Source: Candidatus Nomurabacteria bacterium
Lineage (GTDB): Bacteria > Patescibacteriota > Minisyncoccia > Phycocordibacterales > UBA5272
NCBI GenBank assembly: GCA_028286645.1
Contig: JAQBRF010000004.1
Location: 91,501-155,500 of the forward strand
Length of the DNA stretch: 64,000 nucleotides
Reading direction: 5' to 3'
In this document: positions 1-9,222 of the stretch, piece by piece
Layout: every line of letters starts with the position of its first letter
How positions within the stretch are numbered: the first letter of the stretch is position 1
Notes under the pieces: model-generated
Seen by the model: only the letters and a program-made list of their open reading frames with translations
The model's database searches: none
Told to the model about the DNA's origin: nothing
Translations under genes and position numbers: made by a program

Positions 1-1
1 A

Positions 2-514
2 GCCGTAGAATGGCTTAAAGGGGAATTTCGTTCTATTCAAACAGGACGCGCGACTCCTCAAGTCTTAGATTTAGTTCATGTAGATATTTACGGAGCTCGT
101 ACACAAATCGCTCACGCTGGATCTGTAAATATTGAAGACGCTCGCACCTTGCGTGTTTCTCCATGGGATAAGACTATTATCGGAGATATGGAGCGTGCTA
201 TTAATGATGCGAACTTAGGGCTTTCTGTATCATCTGATGATCAAGGAATCAGGGTTCACTTCCCAGCGCTTACCACTGAAACTCGTGAAAAGCTTGTAAA
301 AGTCTTAAAAGAAAGATTAGAAGATGCTCGCGTAAAAGTAAGACTAATTAGAGAAGATGTAAATAAAGATATTGATGCTCGTGCTAAAGAAGGTGAATAC
401 GGCGAAGATGAAAGAATTCGATATAGAGGAGATTTGCAAAAAATCATTGATCAGACAAATGGAGAATTAGAAGAATTATTTGAGAAAAAAGAAAAAGAAG
501 TGCTGGGGGAATAA
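2..514 (+). CDS. frr: ribosome recycling factor (5' partial; continues upstream of the window)
   Basis: Frame 2 is open from position 2. Translation ...AVEWLKGEFRSIQTGRATPQVLDLVHVDIYGARTQIAHAGSVNIEDARTLRVSPWDK... matches RRF throughout; the listed 149..514 ORF is its C-terminus. Confidence 0.9.
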   Translation, partial: AVEWLKGEFRSIQTGRATPQVLDLVHVDIYGARTQIAHAGSVNIEDARTLRVSPWDKTIIGDMERAINDANLGLSVSSDDQGIRVHFPALTTETREKLVKVLKERLEDARVKVRLIREDVNKDIDARAKEGEYGEDERIRYRGDLQKIIDQTNGELEELFEKKEKEVLGE

Positions 515-516
515 AT

Positions 517-546
517 AAAAGCCGCGCCGAAGCGCGGTTTTTCTCA
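517..546. terminator. bidirectional intrinsic terminator
   Basis: Hairpin gccgcgc-cgaa-gcgcggt followed by tttttctc on plus, with an A-run before it (T-run on minus). Lies between frr(+) and the small minus-strand gene 544..729. Confidence 0.6.
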
Positions 547-729
547 CTGCGGTAGTTCTTCTGCAATGAGATGGAGAGCCGGAAGGGGAACGATACCATG
601 AATGTTATACGGATGGAGTTTGTATTCCTCGAACTCGAACCACTCGACATGGTTCTCGTTTCCTTCGTAGACTTTCGGAAGCTTGCCTCCCTTACATAGT
701 TTTGTGACAAACGCGACGGAGAATCTCAT
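544..729 (-). CDS. small hypothetical protein (61 aa), GC-rich class
   Basis: Internal ATG of the 544..873 minus ORF (MRFSVAFVTKLCKGG...). AGGAG sits 6 nt upstream of the ATG on the minus strand. Locally elevated GC, and a terminator hairpin lies immediately downstream. Confidence 0.35.
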   Translation of the reverse strand: MRFSVAFVTKLCKGGKLPKVYEGNENHVEWFEFEEYKLHPYNIHGIVPLPALHLIAEELPQ

Positions 730-801
730 GTGCGACTCCTCGGGATGGTTTACCATAAAACTACTCCCAAGACTAAGATAAGTCAATAAGGCGTAATCGT
801 A

Positions 802-810
802 TGGTAAAAT
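802..810 (+). promoter_or_regulatory. extended -10 box TGGTAAAAT, 7 nt before the rseP ATG (leaderless-type)
   Basis: tggtaaaat at 802-810, ATG at 818, no SD. Confidence 0.4.
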
Positions 811-817
811 ATTTGCT

Positions 818-1930
818 ATGTCTATTTCTGCTGTACTCATTTTCTTAGTAATTCTTCTCGTCCTTGTTATCATTCATGAGTTTGGCCATTTTATTGTTGC
901 TAAATGGACCAATATGCGCGTGGATGAATTCGCTTTTGGCTTTCCGCCAAGGATTTATAGGAAAAAACTCGGAGAAACTACTTATAGCTTAAACGCCCTT
1001 CCAATCGGAGGATATGTTTCTATATGGGGCGAAAATGGAAGCGAGGAAGATAATGCAAGCGATGGTGCGAAAAACAATCCCCGCGCTTTCGGCAATCGTC
1101 CATGGTGGGCGCAGATCTTAGTGCTTTTAGCGGGAGTAACAATGAACATGCTTTTAGCCTTGATTATTCTTGTCTGCCTTTCATTTGGAAAAGTAGAAAT
1201 GAGCGCAGATGATCCTACTTATGGGTCAAGAGTAGAAGATACATCGTTAGTTGTTTTAGATGCATATCCAGAAAGCCCTGCATATAAAGCAGGACTTACT
1301 CCAGGCTCACGCCTTATAAGCGTTACTAGTAAAAATATGAAAGCAAGTCTTGTAACGGCCACATCCTTAGTAACTTTTATAGAAAACCATAGCAATGATG
1401 CAATTACATTTGTATATGAAAAACAAAATGGAGAACACGCGTCGACAACAGTCGCGGCTATATATGGAATAGTTCCAAACAAAAAGGCAGTAGGCATAAG
1501 CGTGGGAACTACTGGGTATGTTTATACTTCAACCGGGGAAGCTATAAAGTTGGGACTTCAGAGAACAAAAGACATAACTCTTCTTACATTTGGCGGACTA
1601 AAGACACTTTTAGTATCTGCGATTCATCGTGATGGAAGCGTACTTAACTCTCTTTCTGGTCCAATTGGAATTGCAAAGATCGTTGGAGAAACTAGCGCAT
1701 ATGGAATCATGCCAATACTTACACTTGTTGCCATTCTTTCTATAAACTTGGCTGTATTTAACATTCTCCCGCTTCCAGCGCTTGATGGCGGAAGAATTAT
1801 AATGGTGGTTATTGAATCAATAAGCCGAAGAAAGATTCCATTTAAATATTATTCGTGGCTTAACCTCGGGGGTTTTGCTCTGCTTCTTTTATTGCTTGTG
1901 GTGGTAACAGTACATGATGTTATCAAATAG
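818..1930 (+). CDS. rseP: site-2 protease, M50 zinc metalloprotease RseP family
   Basis: HEFGH zinc motif near the N-terminus within a TM helix, a central PDZ-like region, and the C-terminal LPLPALDGGR (LDG) motif. Confidence 0.85.
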   Translation: MSISAVLIFLVILLVLVIIHEFGHFIVAKWTNMRVDEFAFGFPPRIYRKKLGETTYSLNALPIGGYVSIWGENGSEEDNASDGAKNNPRAFGNRPWWAQILVLLAGVTMNMLLALIILVCLSFGKVEMSADDPTYGSRVEDTSLVVLDAYPESPAYKAGLTPGSRLISVTSKNMKASLVTATSLVTFIENHSNDAITFVYEKQNGEHASTTVAAIYGIVPNKKAVGISVGTTGYVYTSTGEAIKLGLQRTKDITLLTFGGLKTLLVSAIHRDGSVLNSLSGPIGIAKIVGETSAYGIMPILTLVAILSINLAVFNILPLPALDGGRIIMVVIESISRRKIPFKYYSWLNLGGFALLLLLLVVVTVHDVIK

Positions 1931-1941
1931 ATTTCCTAATT

Positions 1942-2517
1942 ATGCAAGATAGGTCGCCGCATTTTAATCAAGATGTTGAATTAAAAAATGAAGATTTTGA
2001 AAAGTCTCTCCAGCTTAATTCTCTTAAAAGTAAATTAGTTAGAGCTCAGTCTTTGGGTATAGACGTTCCTTTTGATCTGCCAGAAGCGAGCGATCCTCTT
2101 TATAGAGACAGGTATCGAGAAATGCAAAGGTTTATAGAAGGAAGGCTAGATGAGCATTATGAAAAGTTTGGTAAGAGTCTCGCACAAGATCCCCAAATGC
2201 GCATTCTTATAATGGAATATAATCAGGCAGTACTAGAAGAAAGAAGGTCTACATCTGGAAACTTCAGTTTGTTAACTCATCCTAGTTTTAGCAGGGTTAA
2301 GAAAAGATTACAGAAGCGTACAAGCAAAGTCTTGGGCGGAGTAAATATTTTACAAAAAGGAGAGATGGCTATAATAAGGAGAGAGGAGTTAGAAAATAAA
2401 ATAATTTCTCTTTTGTGTGCAAAGTACGAACGCGCCGGGTTGAATAACGATCCGTATAGATCTATAAGCACTTCAAGTATAAATATAGCGCAGGCCTTAG
2501 AAATTATGGGAGTATAA
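1942..2517 (+). CDS. hypothetical protein
   Basis: 191-aa ORF in the AT-rich background; no recognisable motif. Confidence 0.45.
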   Translation: MQDRSPHFNQDVELKNEDFEKSLQLNSLKSKLVRAQSLGIDVPFDLPEASDPLYRDRYREMQRFIEGRLDEHYEKFGKSLAQDPQMRILIMEYNQAVLEERRSTSGNFSLLTHPSFSRVKKRLQKRTSKVLGGVNILQKGEMAIIRREELENKIISLLCAKYERAGLNNDPYRSISTSSINIAQALEIMGV

Positions 2518-2524
2518 TATTTAT

Positions 2525-3094
2525 ATGAAAGATATCGAAATAGAAATTCAAGCCAGAATCCAAAAAAGTGAAACTTTAAAAATCTTCTTAGATAATAATG
2601 CTAAGTTTATTTCAGAAAACAAACAAGTCGATCAATATTTTACTCCAGCCCATGAAAATTTCGTTTCAGTTAAGCCCATTGAAGAATGGTTTAGGATAAG
2701 AGAAGAAAATGGAGCGTTTACGATAAATTATAAAAAATGGCATTACGAAAACGGAATAGGCCAGTATGCAGATGAATATGAAACTGAAGTGAAAGATAAG
2801 GAAGCGATGCTTAAGATAATTCAAGCACTTGATATGAAGCCACTTATTACTGTAGATAAAACCAGAAAGAAATGGATCTATAAAGATTTTGAAATAGCTT
2901 TTGATACAGTTGTAGGTTTAGGAAGCTTTGTTGAAATCGAATATAAAGGAGAAGGGCCAGTAGATCCGAAAGAAAAAACTAAAGAAATGGTTGATTTCTT
3001 AAAGGAACATGATTGCGGAACGATTGAATTAAATAATGGTGGATATCCAATGCTCCTTTTGTTTCCGGAAGATGCGCATTATATAAAAGCATAA
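2525..3094 (+). CDS. CYTH-domain protein (class IV adenylyl cyclase / triphosphatase-like)
   Basis: N-terminal EIEIQARI strand with the ExExK-type signature, and a later GSFVEIEYKGE motif, both typical of the CYTH/CyaB fold. Confidence 0.55.
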   Translation: MKDIEIEIQARIQKSETLKIFLDNNAKFISENKQVDQYFTPAHENFVSVKPIEEWFRIREENGAFTINYKKWHYENGIGQYADEYETEVKDKEAMLKIIQALDMKPLITVDKTRKKWIYKDFEIAFDTVVGLGSFVEIEYKGEGPVDPKEKTKEMVDFLKEHDCGTIELNNGGYPMLLLFPEDAHYIKA

Positions 3095-3100
3095 GTCTCT

Positions 3101-3108
3101 TGTATAAT
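3101..3108 (+). promoter_or_regulatory. extended -10 TGTATAAT, 7 nt before the proS ATG
   Basis: tgtataat then atcttttATG; no SD. Confidence 0.4.
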
Positions 3109-3115
3109 ATCTTTT

Positions 3116-4381
3116 ATGCGACAATCACAACTTTTTACAAAGACCAGAAAAGAAGCCCCCGCGAATGAAGTTTCCAAAAATGCAATCCTACTCATTCGGG
3201 CGGGTTACATTCATAAAGAAATGGCGGGAGTGTACTCATACTTACCACTTGGGCTTCGTGTGCTAAAAAAGATTGAGGATATTATTCGTAATGAAATGAA
3301 CACTATCGGTGGCATAGAAATGCGCACTTCTATAATTCAGACAAAGGAAGTATGGGAAAAGTCTAACCGATGGGATGATAACATTGTCGACAATTGGTTT
3401 AAGACTGAGCTTAAAAATGGAACAGAAATTGGCCTTTCTTTTACAAATGAAGAAGCATACTCAAGCATGTTAACTCAGTACATTCATTCATATACAGATC
3501 TTCCAATATACCCATATGATTTTAAAAATATTTTCCGCAATGAAACTCGCAGTAAATCTGGCATAATGCGCGGACGTGAATTTTATTGGAAGGCACTCTA
3601 CTCATTCTCAAAAGACGATGCAGAACACCAAGAATTCTATGAAAAAGCTAAGCAGGCCTATAAAAATATTTTCCAAAATGTCGGCATTGGACATATAACA
3701 TATATGACATTTGCATCGGGAGGCTCATTTTCAAAATTTTCACATGAGTTTCAGACTATTACTGAAGCAGGTGAAGATACTATCTATATAGATGAGGCAA
3801 AGGGTATTGCAATAAATAAAGAAGTGTACACGGATGAGGTCATAGAATCTCTTGGACTTAATAAAGATAAAATTATTGAACAGAAGGCTGTGGAAGTAGG
3901 GAATATTTTTTCTCTCGGTACTAAATTTTCTGAACCATTTAATCTTTCATTTACAAATGAGAGCGGAGAAAAACAACTTGTCACTATGGGAAGTTATGGT
4001 ATTGGTCTTGGCCGCTTGATGGGAACAATAGCGGAAGTATTAAGTGATGATAAGGGCTTAATCTGGCCTACTTCGGTATCACCATTTTCGCTACATTTGA
4101 TTGTGTTAGGAAAGGACAAAGAGGGTGACACATATAAAAAAGCAGAAGAGATTTATAATGAACTAACTAAAAAGGGGATTGAAGTTCTATTTGATGACAG
4201 AGATGAATCAGCGGGAGCGAAGTTTGCAGATAGCGATTTGATTGGAATTCCAATGAGAGTAGTGGTGAGCGATAAATCTATTGCCGCAGGCGGTGTAGAA
4301 ATAAAAGAAAGAAAAGGGGACAAGAGCGAAATCATTACGATTGAAGAATTATATAAAACATATAAACCGAATTGCGAATAA
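3116..4381 (+). CDS. proS: prolyl-tRNA synthetase (short form, no large editing insertion)
   Basis: N-terminus MRQSQLFTKTRKEAPANEVSKNAILLIRAGYIHKEMAGVYSYLPLGLRVLKKIEDIIRNEM matches the ProRS signature. Class II motifs are present and the C-terminus is an anticodon-binding-like region. Confidence 0.88.
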   Translation: MRQSQLFTKTRKEAPANEVSKNAILLIRAGYIHKEMAGVYSYLPLGLRVLKKIEDIIRNEMNTIGGIEMRTSIIQTKEVWEKSNRWDDNIVDNWFKTELKNGTEIGLSFTNEEAYSSMLTQYIHSYTDLPIYPYDFKNIFRNETRSKSGIMRGREFYWKALYSFSKDDAEHQEFYEKAKQAYKNIFQNVGIGHITYMTFASGGSFSKFSHEFQTITEAGEDTIYIDEAKGIAINKEVYTDEVIESLGLNKDKIIEQKAVEVGNIFSLGTKFSEPFNLSFTNESGEKQLVTMGSYGIGLGRLMGTIAEVLSDDKGLIWPTSVSPFSLHLIVLGKDKEGDTYKKAEEIYNELTKKGIEVLFDDRDESAGAKFADSDLIGIPMRVVVSDKSIAAGGVEIKERKGDKSEIITIEELYKTYKPNCE

Positions 4382-4389
4382 AATAAAAA

Positions 4390-4413
4390 CTGTGCCAGCA
4401 ACAGCTGGCACAG
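4390..4413 (-). terminator. hairpin ctgtgccagc-aaca-gctggcacag with a T-run on the minus strand
   Basis: Perfect 10-bp stem. The A-run 4381-4389 on plus gives a U-tract for a minus-strand transcript arriving from 4400-4700. Confidence 0.45.
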
Positions 4414-4443
4414 ACTCCTCGGGGGTGCAATATTTCACGATCC

Positions 4444-4699
4444 CTTCTTTTTTTTCCAGCGCGCGAGCTCTTCTTCGGTCGCTGGTCGTGAATGGACCTC
4501 GCCCCCTAAGCCATTTTCATAAAACTCGAGCTCCTCAAATAGGATTCCTTTTTTTGATTCGACCAAAGTCGAAATAGTTCTGTCAGTTGTCTGAAGGTGG
4601 AGGGAGTGCGGGGTGGTGTGAACGGCCAGTCCTACGAGTAACAGGACAAAAGCTGTGGCGAGGATCGGTTTAGAGTTGGCAAGTGATTCTCCTTGTCAT
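4444..4699 (-). pseudogene. possible frameshifted small secreted protein
   Basis: Minus ATG at 4699 gives MTRRITCQL then a stop. A +1 shift continues KPILATAFVLLLVGLAVHTTPHS... for 78 codons, which looks like a signal-peptide protein. The region is GC-rich and bounded by minus-strand terminators at 4390-4413 and 4755-4781. Confidence 0.2.
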
Positions 4700-4754
4700 G
4701 CCCCGTGAAGTGGGAGGCTTTATATAAAGTTACTTATTTTTAAAACTTTTGTCA

Positions 4755-4781
4755 AATAAAAACCACCCCTTTATTAGGGGC
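4755..4781 (-). terminator. intrinsic terminator for the 4804..5106 minus gene
   Basis: cccc-tttatta-gggg hairpin with a T-run on the minus strand (plus aataaaaacca). Confidence 0.45.
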
Positions 4782-4803
4782 GTCTTGGCAATCCTGGTGG
4801 CCG

Positions 4804-5106
4804 TTAGTTTCTTCCAGTCATCTCGTCCACGAGTTTTTTGAATACTGGAAGCACGCGGGTAACTTCTTCGCCGGCTTCACGGTGCAAGTAGCCGCTCCCC
4901 TGGAGACGGTTCAGGCCCTGTATGGTGTAGACTGCCTCCCGTATTCCGTTGTGGGGAAAGTCCGTATGAGTGATCGTCACCTCTGTAGGCATGACGCCCT
5001 TTGTCACCTTGGTGCATAGAAGGGCAGCCGCAGTGGCTTCCTCCGATGTCTGGAAAATGTCGAGCCAGACCCAAGGTGACGTTATATGATCCTTGTTAGT
5101 TCTCAT
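4804..5106 (-). CDS. hypothetical protein (100 aa), GC-rich class
   Basis: ORF in a region of about 50% GC. AAGGGG lies 9 nt upstream of the ATG on minus, and a terminator follows downstream. Confidence 0.4.
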   Translation of the reverse strand: MRTNKDHITSPWVWLDIFQTSEEATAAALLCTKVTKGVMPTEVTITHTDFPHNGIREAVYTIQGLNRLQGSGYLHREAGEEVTRVLPVFKKLVDEMTGRN

Positions 5107-5205
5107 GAATAAGACCCCTTAAGGTGGATGAAACAAGTTGGACTGCTCATGTTGTTTATATATAAAAGTCTTTAATTTGTCAACTACTATATGAAAGCCT
5201 AAAAA

Positions 5206-5214
5206 ATGGTAGAA
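5206..5214 (+). promoter_or_regulatory. extended -10 TGGTAGAAT, 6 nt before the mreB ATG (leaderless)
   Basis: aatggtagaatgctcccATG. Confidence 0.5.
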
Positions 5215-5221
5215 TGCTCCC

Positions 5222-6271
5222 ATGTTTAACCGTCTTTACCGCCAATTTTCTAACGATATCGGAATAGATTTAGGAACAGCTAATACGCTTGTTTACTTGC
5301 GTGGCCGCGGGATAGTTATAAATGAGCCATCAGTGGTTGCATTAAACACGAAAACCAATCGCGTAGTCGCAGTAGGAATGGAGGCGAAAAATATGATGGG
5401 TAGAACTCCATCTCACATTAGAATCGTCCGGCCGCTTGTAGAAGGTGTGATATCAGATTATGAAGTGACAGAAGAAATGCTTTCGTATTTAATTAACAAA
5501 GCAAATGATGCTGATAAGAAGTTATTTCGTCCAAGAGTGGTAATAGGAATTCCTGTAGGAATTACTAATGTAGAAATGCGTGCAGTATATGATGCGGCAA
5601 AATCTGCTGGTGCTCGTGAAGTTTACATAGTAGAAGAACCGATGGCGGCAGCTATCGGAGTGCAAATGCCAATCCATGATCCTGTGGGAAGTATGATAAT
5701 AGACATCGGGGGAGGCACGACGGATATTGCTGTTATCGCACTTTCTGGAATTGTGAGAGCTAAGAGTTTAAAAATAGCAGGAGACAGGCTTACACAGGAT
5801 ATTATTTCTTATATGCGCGATGAGTTTAAAATGTTAATTGGAGAAAAAACCGCAGAGCATATAAAGATTACTGTGGGATCTGCCCTGCCGGACGAAATCC
5901 CTGAAGAAATTAGCATAAAGGGAAGGGATTTGGTTACAGGGCTTCCGCGGGAAGCGATTATCACAGATGTTGATATACGCGAAGCGATGTATGCATCTAT
6001 TTCACAATTAGTGGATGCTATTCGTGAGGTATTAGAAACAACTCCGCCCGAAGTACTGGCAGATATCATGCAAAAAGGAATGATGCTAGCAGGGGGCGGA
6101 GCACTTATCAGAAATTTGCCCCAGCTTCTTGAAAGTCAGCTTAAAGTGCCTGTAACAATAGTGGATGATCCATTAACGGCGGTCGCCCGCGGAACAGGGA
6201 TTATACTGGAAAATGTGAATTTATATAAAGATGTACTAGTAGAAAACACTGATGACATATCTTTCCGATAA
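5222..6271 (+). CDS. mreB: rod-shape determining actin homolog MreB
   Basis: DIGIDLGTANTLVY, GMMGRTP, and IDIGGGTTDIAV phosphate-binding motifs; full-length at 349 aa. Confidence 0.95.
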   Translation: MFNRLYRQFSNDIGIDLGTANTLVYLRGRGIVINEPSVVALNTKTNRVVAVGMEAKNMMGRTPSHIRIVRPLVEGVISDYEVTEEMLSYLINKANDADKKLFRPRVVIGIPVGITNVEMRAVYDAAKSAGAREVYIVEEPMAAAIGVQMPIHDPVGSMIIDIGGGTTDIAVIALSGIVRAKSLKIAGDRLTQDIISYMRDEFKMLIGEKTAEHIKITVGSALPDEIPEEISIKGRDLVTGLPREAIITDVDIREAMYASISQLVDAIREVLETTPPEVLADIMQKGMMLAGGGALIRNLPQLLESQLKVPVTIVDDPLTAVARGTGIILENVNLYKDVLVENTDDISFR

Positions 6272-7025
6272 AAAGAGAAAAAAAAGAGGCTATATCTGGT
6301 ACTCGGTAGTCATATTGCTTATTTTTATATTTGTTTATTTTTGGCCAAGCGTCAGGACATTTTTATACAATTATGTGGAAGGGCCAGTTATCATTTATGG
6401 AAGTACAAGAACAGGAATAGTAAGTATTCCATACAATGTATCAACTTACTTTAAATCAAAAAAAGATTTAGAAGATATAAACCGAGGGCTTGAATTAAAT
6501 ATCGAAAGATTAGAGAACGAAATTGCAGTAAAAGATGCAATTATATCTGATAATAAATTAAGCCAAAATGGTTCTAGTGTTTCGACATTGGAAATGTATT
6601 CGATATTAGAAGATAGTACGAACATTTACTCTACGATAATACTTTCAAAGGGATTTAAAGATGGACTAGAAATAAACAAATTAGTATATCTTCGCGGCAG
6701 ACAGCCCGTATGTATTATCGTAGAAGTACATGATCAGACGTCCGTATGCAAACTTTTATCATCATCCGGATCATTTATCGAAGGGGTAAGTCCAAATGGC
6801 GAAACATTATTTCTGAAAGGAGATGGGGGGGGGACTTTTATTGCTGATATCCCTCGGGATGCCATTTTAAACGAAGGAGATTCTGTACATTTAAAAAGCG
6901 ACCCGACACTTCTTTTGGGGACTGTAGTAAGCATCGTTAAAGACAATCAAGCAACCGCATGGAAAGTATATGTCCGAGGACAATATAATCCAATTACTTC
7001 AAATGTTTTTTATACCGATAAGTAG
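6252..7025 (+). CDS. mreC: rod shape-determining protein MreC
   Basis: Immediately follows and overlaps mreB by 20 nt. N-terminal TM helix, a coiled-coil segment (LELNIERLENEIAVKD), and a Gly-rich beta domain. Confidence 0.7.
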   Translation: MTYLSDKKRKKRGYIWYSVVILLIFIFVYFWPSVRTFLYNYVEGPVIIYGSTRTGIVSIPYNVSTYFKSKKDLEDINRGLELNIERLENEIAVKDAIISDNKLSQNGSSVSTLEMYSILEDSTNIYSTIILSKGFKDGLEINKLVYLRGRQPVCIIVEVHDQTSVCKLLSSSGSFIEGVSPNGETLFLKGDGGGTFIADIPRDAILNEGDSVHLKSDPTLLLGTVVSIVKDNQATAWKVYVRGQYNPITSNVFYTDK

Positions 7026-7101
7026 ATAGAATAGTTATTAGTAATTGGTTACTAGTAATTAGTGAATACACAAAGACATTTGGGAGGCTAATTGTCCGAG
7101 C

Positions 7102-7143
7102 CACAACTAATAACAAATAACTAATTACCATTTTTGCTATACT
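7102..7143 (+). promoter_or_regulatory. promoter with the shared CAACTAATAAC element and TATACT -10
   Basis: cacaactaataacaaataactaattaccatttttgctatact. The 11-mer caactaataac is identical to the element upstream of 42244. The ATG at 7150 lies 6 nt after the -10 box. Confidence 0.35.
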
Positions 7144-7149
7144 CTGCTC

Positions 7150-7305
7150 ATGCTTCGCTACATTATTTATATAATCTTGCTCCTCATAACTCTCTTTTTT
7201 GACACCGCATTAGGTGCACATAGAGTGCCAGTTTTTACATTAATCCTTTGTGTTATAGTGATAATATATGAATTTATTTCGCCGTACATTTACACGTCGC
7301 GCTAG
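7150..7305 (+). CDS. candidate small 2-TM membrane protein (51 aa)
   Basis: Leaderless ATG 6 nt after TATACT. Translation MLRYIIYIILLLITLFFDTALGAHRVPVFTLILCVIVIIYEFISPYIYTSR has two hydrophobic helices. It overlaps the mrdA start in another frame and sits where mreD would normally be, but is too short to call MreD. Confidence 0.25.
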   Translation: MLRYIIYIILLLITLFFDTALGAHRVPVFTLILCVIVIIYEFISPYIYTSR

Positions 7306-8965
7306 ACGTGCAAACTCATACGAAATCGCTCCAGAAGATGTATTCTTAGATTCGCAAAATCTATCGCAATTAAACATGGATCAAATGGAAGGGCAGCTTG
7401 AAAAGCCAATAGGCAGGAACATGTTTTATATAACAAGCATTATTGCATCTTTTTTAATTGTGGGTTTTTTAGCGAGATTGTATGACATGCAGATAGTAAA
7501 CGGAAGAGCATATGCTGACCAGGCAGATAGAAATCATTTAAAAAGCACTCCATTATTTCCTCTTCGAGGAACTATTTCTGATCGCAATGGCAGCTTACTT
7601 GCTTGGAATACTGTGAGTAGTACGACAGAGGAAGTTCCAGAAAGAGTGTATGAAAAAACTCCAGGATTTTCTCACTTGTTAGGTTATGTAAGTTATCCCA
7701 AGAAAGATCAAAGCGGAATCTTTTGGCAAGATTCATATTTAGGAAAAGATGGCATTGAAAAGAAATATCAAGATATTTTACAAGGAACCATCGGTGAGAC
7801 AGTTTTAGCGGTAAATGCCCAACAGAAAGTAGAGGCTAGGAATGTAACCGTAAGTCCTGTTAATGGCGAAAACATAAAACTTAGCATTGATAAAGGAGTG
7901 CAGGCGGAATTTTATAAAAATATTAAAAGTCTAGCGCTTGATTCAGGTTATATAGCGGGGGCGGGAGTAATTATGGATATACATACTGGAGAGGTATTAG
8001 CTATGGTAAGCTATCCGGAATATGATAATAATTTAATTACAAATGCTGCCACTCCACAAGAAAAAGACCAACTGGCAAAAGATTTGCTAGATAAAAATAA
8101 TAAATTTTTAAACCGCGCCGTCGGAGGGCTCTTTACTCCAGGATCAACAGTAAAGCCATTTATGGCAATAGCCGCGCTTATGGAAAATGTAATTACCCCG
8201 GAAAAACAAATTTATAGTTCGGGCGCACTAGTGATAAAGAATAAATACGGAGGACCTGACTCAGTTTTTAAAGATTGGAAAGCTCATGGATGGACAGACA
8301 TGCGTAAAGCTCTTGCTGAATCATCCGATGAATACTTTTATCAGGTAGGGGGCGGATACATGGATCAGCCAGGATTAGGTATTGCTCGCATTGATCAATA
8401 TGCTCAATTGTTCGGATTTGCCACTACCACCGGCATAGATCTTCCCGGAGAAGAATACGGCGTGATTCCCACCCCATCATGGAAGCAAAAGATTTTTAAC
8501 GAAGATTGGCTTTTAGGAGATACATATCATACTTCCATTGGGCAATATGGATTTCAAATAACACCGCTTGAGCTTGTGCGTGGTGTAGCCATGATTGCAA
8601 ATGGCGGATCTTTGGTTACTCCGCATCTTTTATCAGGATCTGAAACTGTACATATTGATTTGAAGTTAGATAAAGCCGACCTCGAAGTCGTGCGTGAAGG
8701 AATGAGACAGGGCGTAACTGAAGGAATCGGCGCAGCATTAAACATAGATGGTATACATGTAGCCTCCAAGTCTGGAACGGCAGAGCTAGGAGTTAAAAAG
8801 GATTTAGTAAATTCGTGGATAAGCGGATTTTTCCCATATGAAAATCCTAAATATGCCTTTGTTGTGATAATGGAAAAGGGCTCGGTCCATAACCTTCATG
8901 GCGCTATATTTGCAATGAGGGATACACTGCTCTGGATGCGCGACAACACTTCTTATACCAAGTAG
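7268..8965 (+). CDS. mrdA: penicillin-binding protein 2 class transpeptidase
   Basis: Follows mreBC. N-terminal TM helix, then the SxxK (GSTVKPF) and KSGT (ASKSGTAE) active-site motifs. Confidence 0.85.
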   Translation: MNLFRRTFTRRARRANSYEIAPEDVFLDSQNLSQLNMDQMEGQLEKPIGRNMFYITSIIASFLIVGFLARLYDMQIVNGRAYADQADRNHLKSTPLFPLRGTISDRNGSLLAWNTVSSTTEEVPERVYEKTPGFSHLLGYVSYPKKDQSGIFWQDSYLGKDGIEKKYQDILQGTIGETVLAVNAQQKVEARNVTVSPVNGENIKLSIDKGVQAEFYKNIKSLALDSGYIAGAGVIMDIHTGEVLAMVSYPEYDNNLITNAATPQEKDQLAKDLLDKNNKFLNRAVGGLFTPGSTVKPFMAIAALMENVITPEKQIYSSGALVIKNKYGGPDSVFKDWKAHGWTDMRKALAESSDEYFYQVGGGYMDQPGLGIARIDQYAQLFGFATTTGIDLPGEEYGVIPTPSWKQKIFNEDWLLGDTYHTSIGQYGFQITPLELVRGVAMIANGGSLVTPHLLSGSETVHIDLKLDKADLEVVREGMRQGVTEGIGAALNIDGIHVASKSGTAELGVKKDLVNSWISGFFPYENPKYAFVVIMEKGSVHNLHGAIFAMRDTLLWMRDNTSYTK

Positions 8966-9171
8966 GCAATACAAAGCCGCTCTTTGGCGTATTCCTAGCC
9001 GTTTTCTTCCGGTACGATTCAACGTACTATGATGTACGTCTCATCGTTATCCTCAGAAAGTGGCATCGGACTTCATCCAAATATCGGCTTTGCTGACGTA
9101 ATATTAAATTAACTTTGAATTACATCCAACTTACTCAACTAACGCAGTTTTGAAATTTAGAATTAAAAGAT

Positions 9172-9204
9172 AAATAAAAAACGCCACACCTTTCGATGTG
9201 GCGC
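9172..9204 (-). terminator. intrinsic terminator for the 9223..9813 minus gene
   Basis: Stem cgccaca / tgtggcg with loop cctttcga; the A-run 9172-9181 on plus gives a T-run on minus. Confidence 0.55.
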
Positions 9205-9222
9205 CGCTCAATTGGCAGGAAA

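Noticed and set aside
4341-4577. 78-aa plus-strand ORF overlapping the proS 3' end
   Set aside because: It starts inside proS and runs through a terminator hairpin; no promoter or SD. Judged spurious.
4945-4965. GGGGAAAGTCCG, resembling the RNase P RNA P4 consensus GGAAAGUCCGG, together with GAAGGGCAGCC nearby
   Set aside because: The other universal RNase P elements (GGUGAAA...GGUAAGAGC and ACAGAA.CCGGCUUA) are absent on either strand within 400 nt. The motif lies inside a 100-codon ORF that has its own SD and terminator.
7150-7305. Calling the 51-aa ORF mreD
   Set aside because: Its position fits, but MreD proteins are about 160 aa with five TM helices. It is kept only as a generic small membrane-peptide candidate.
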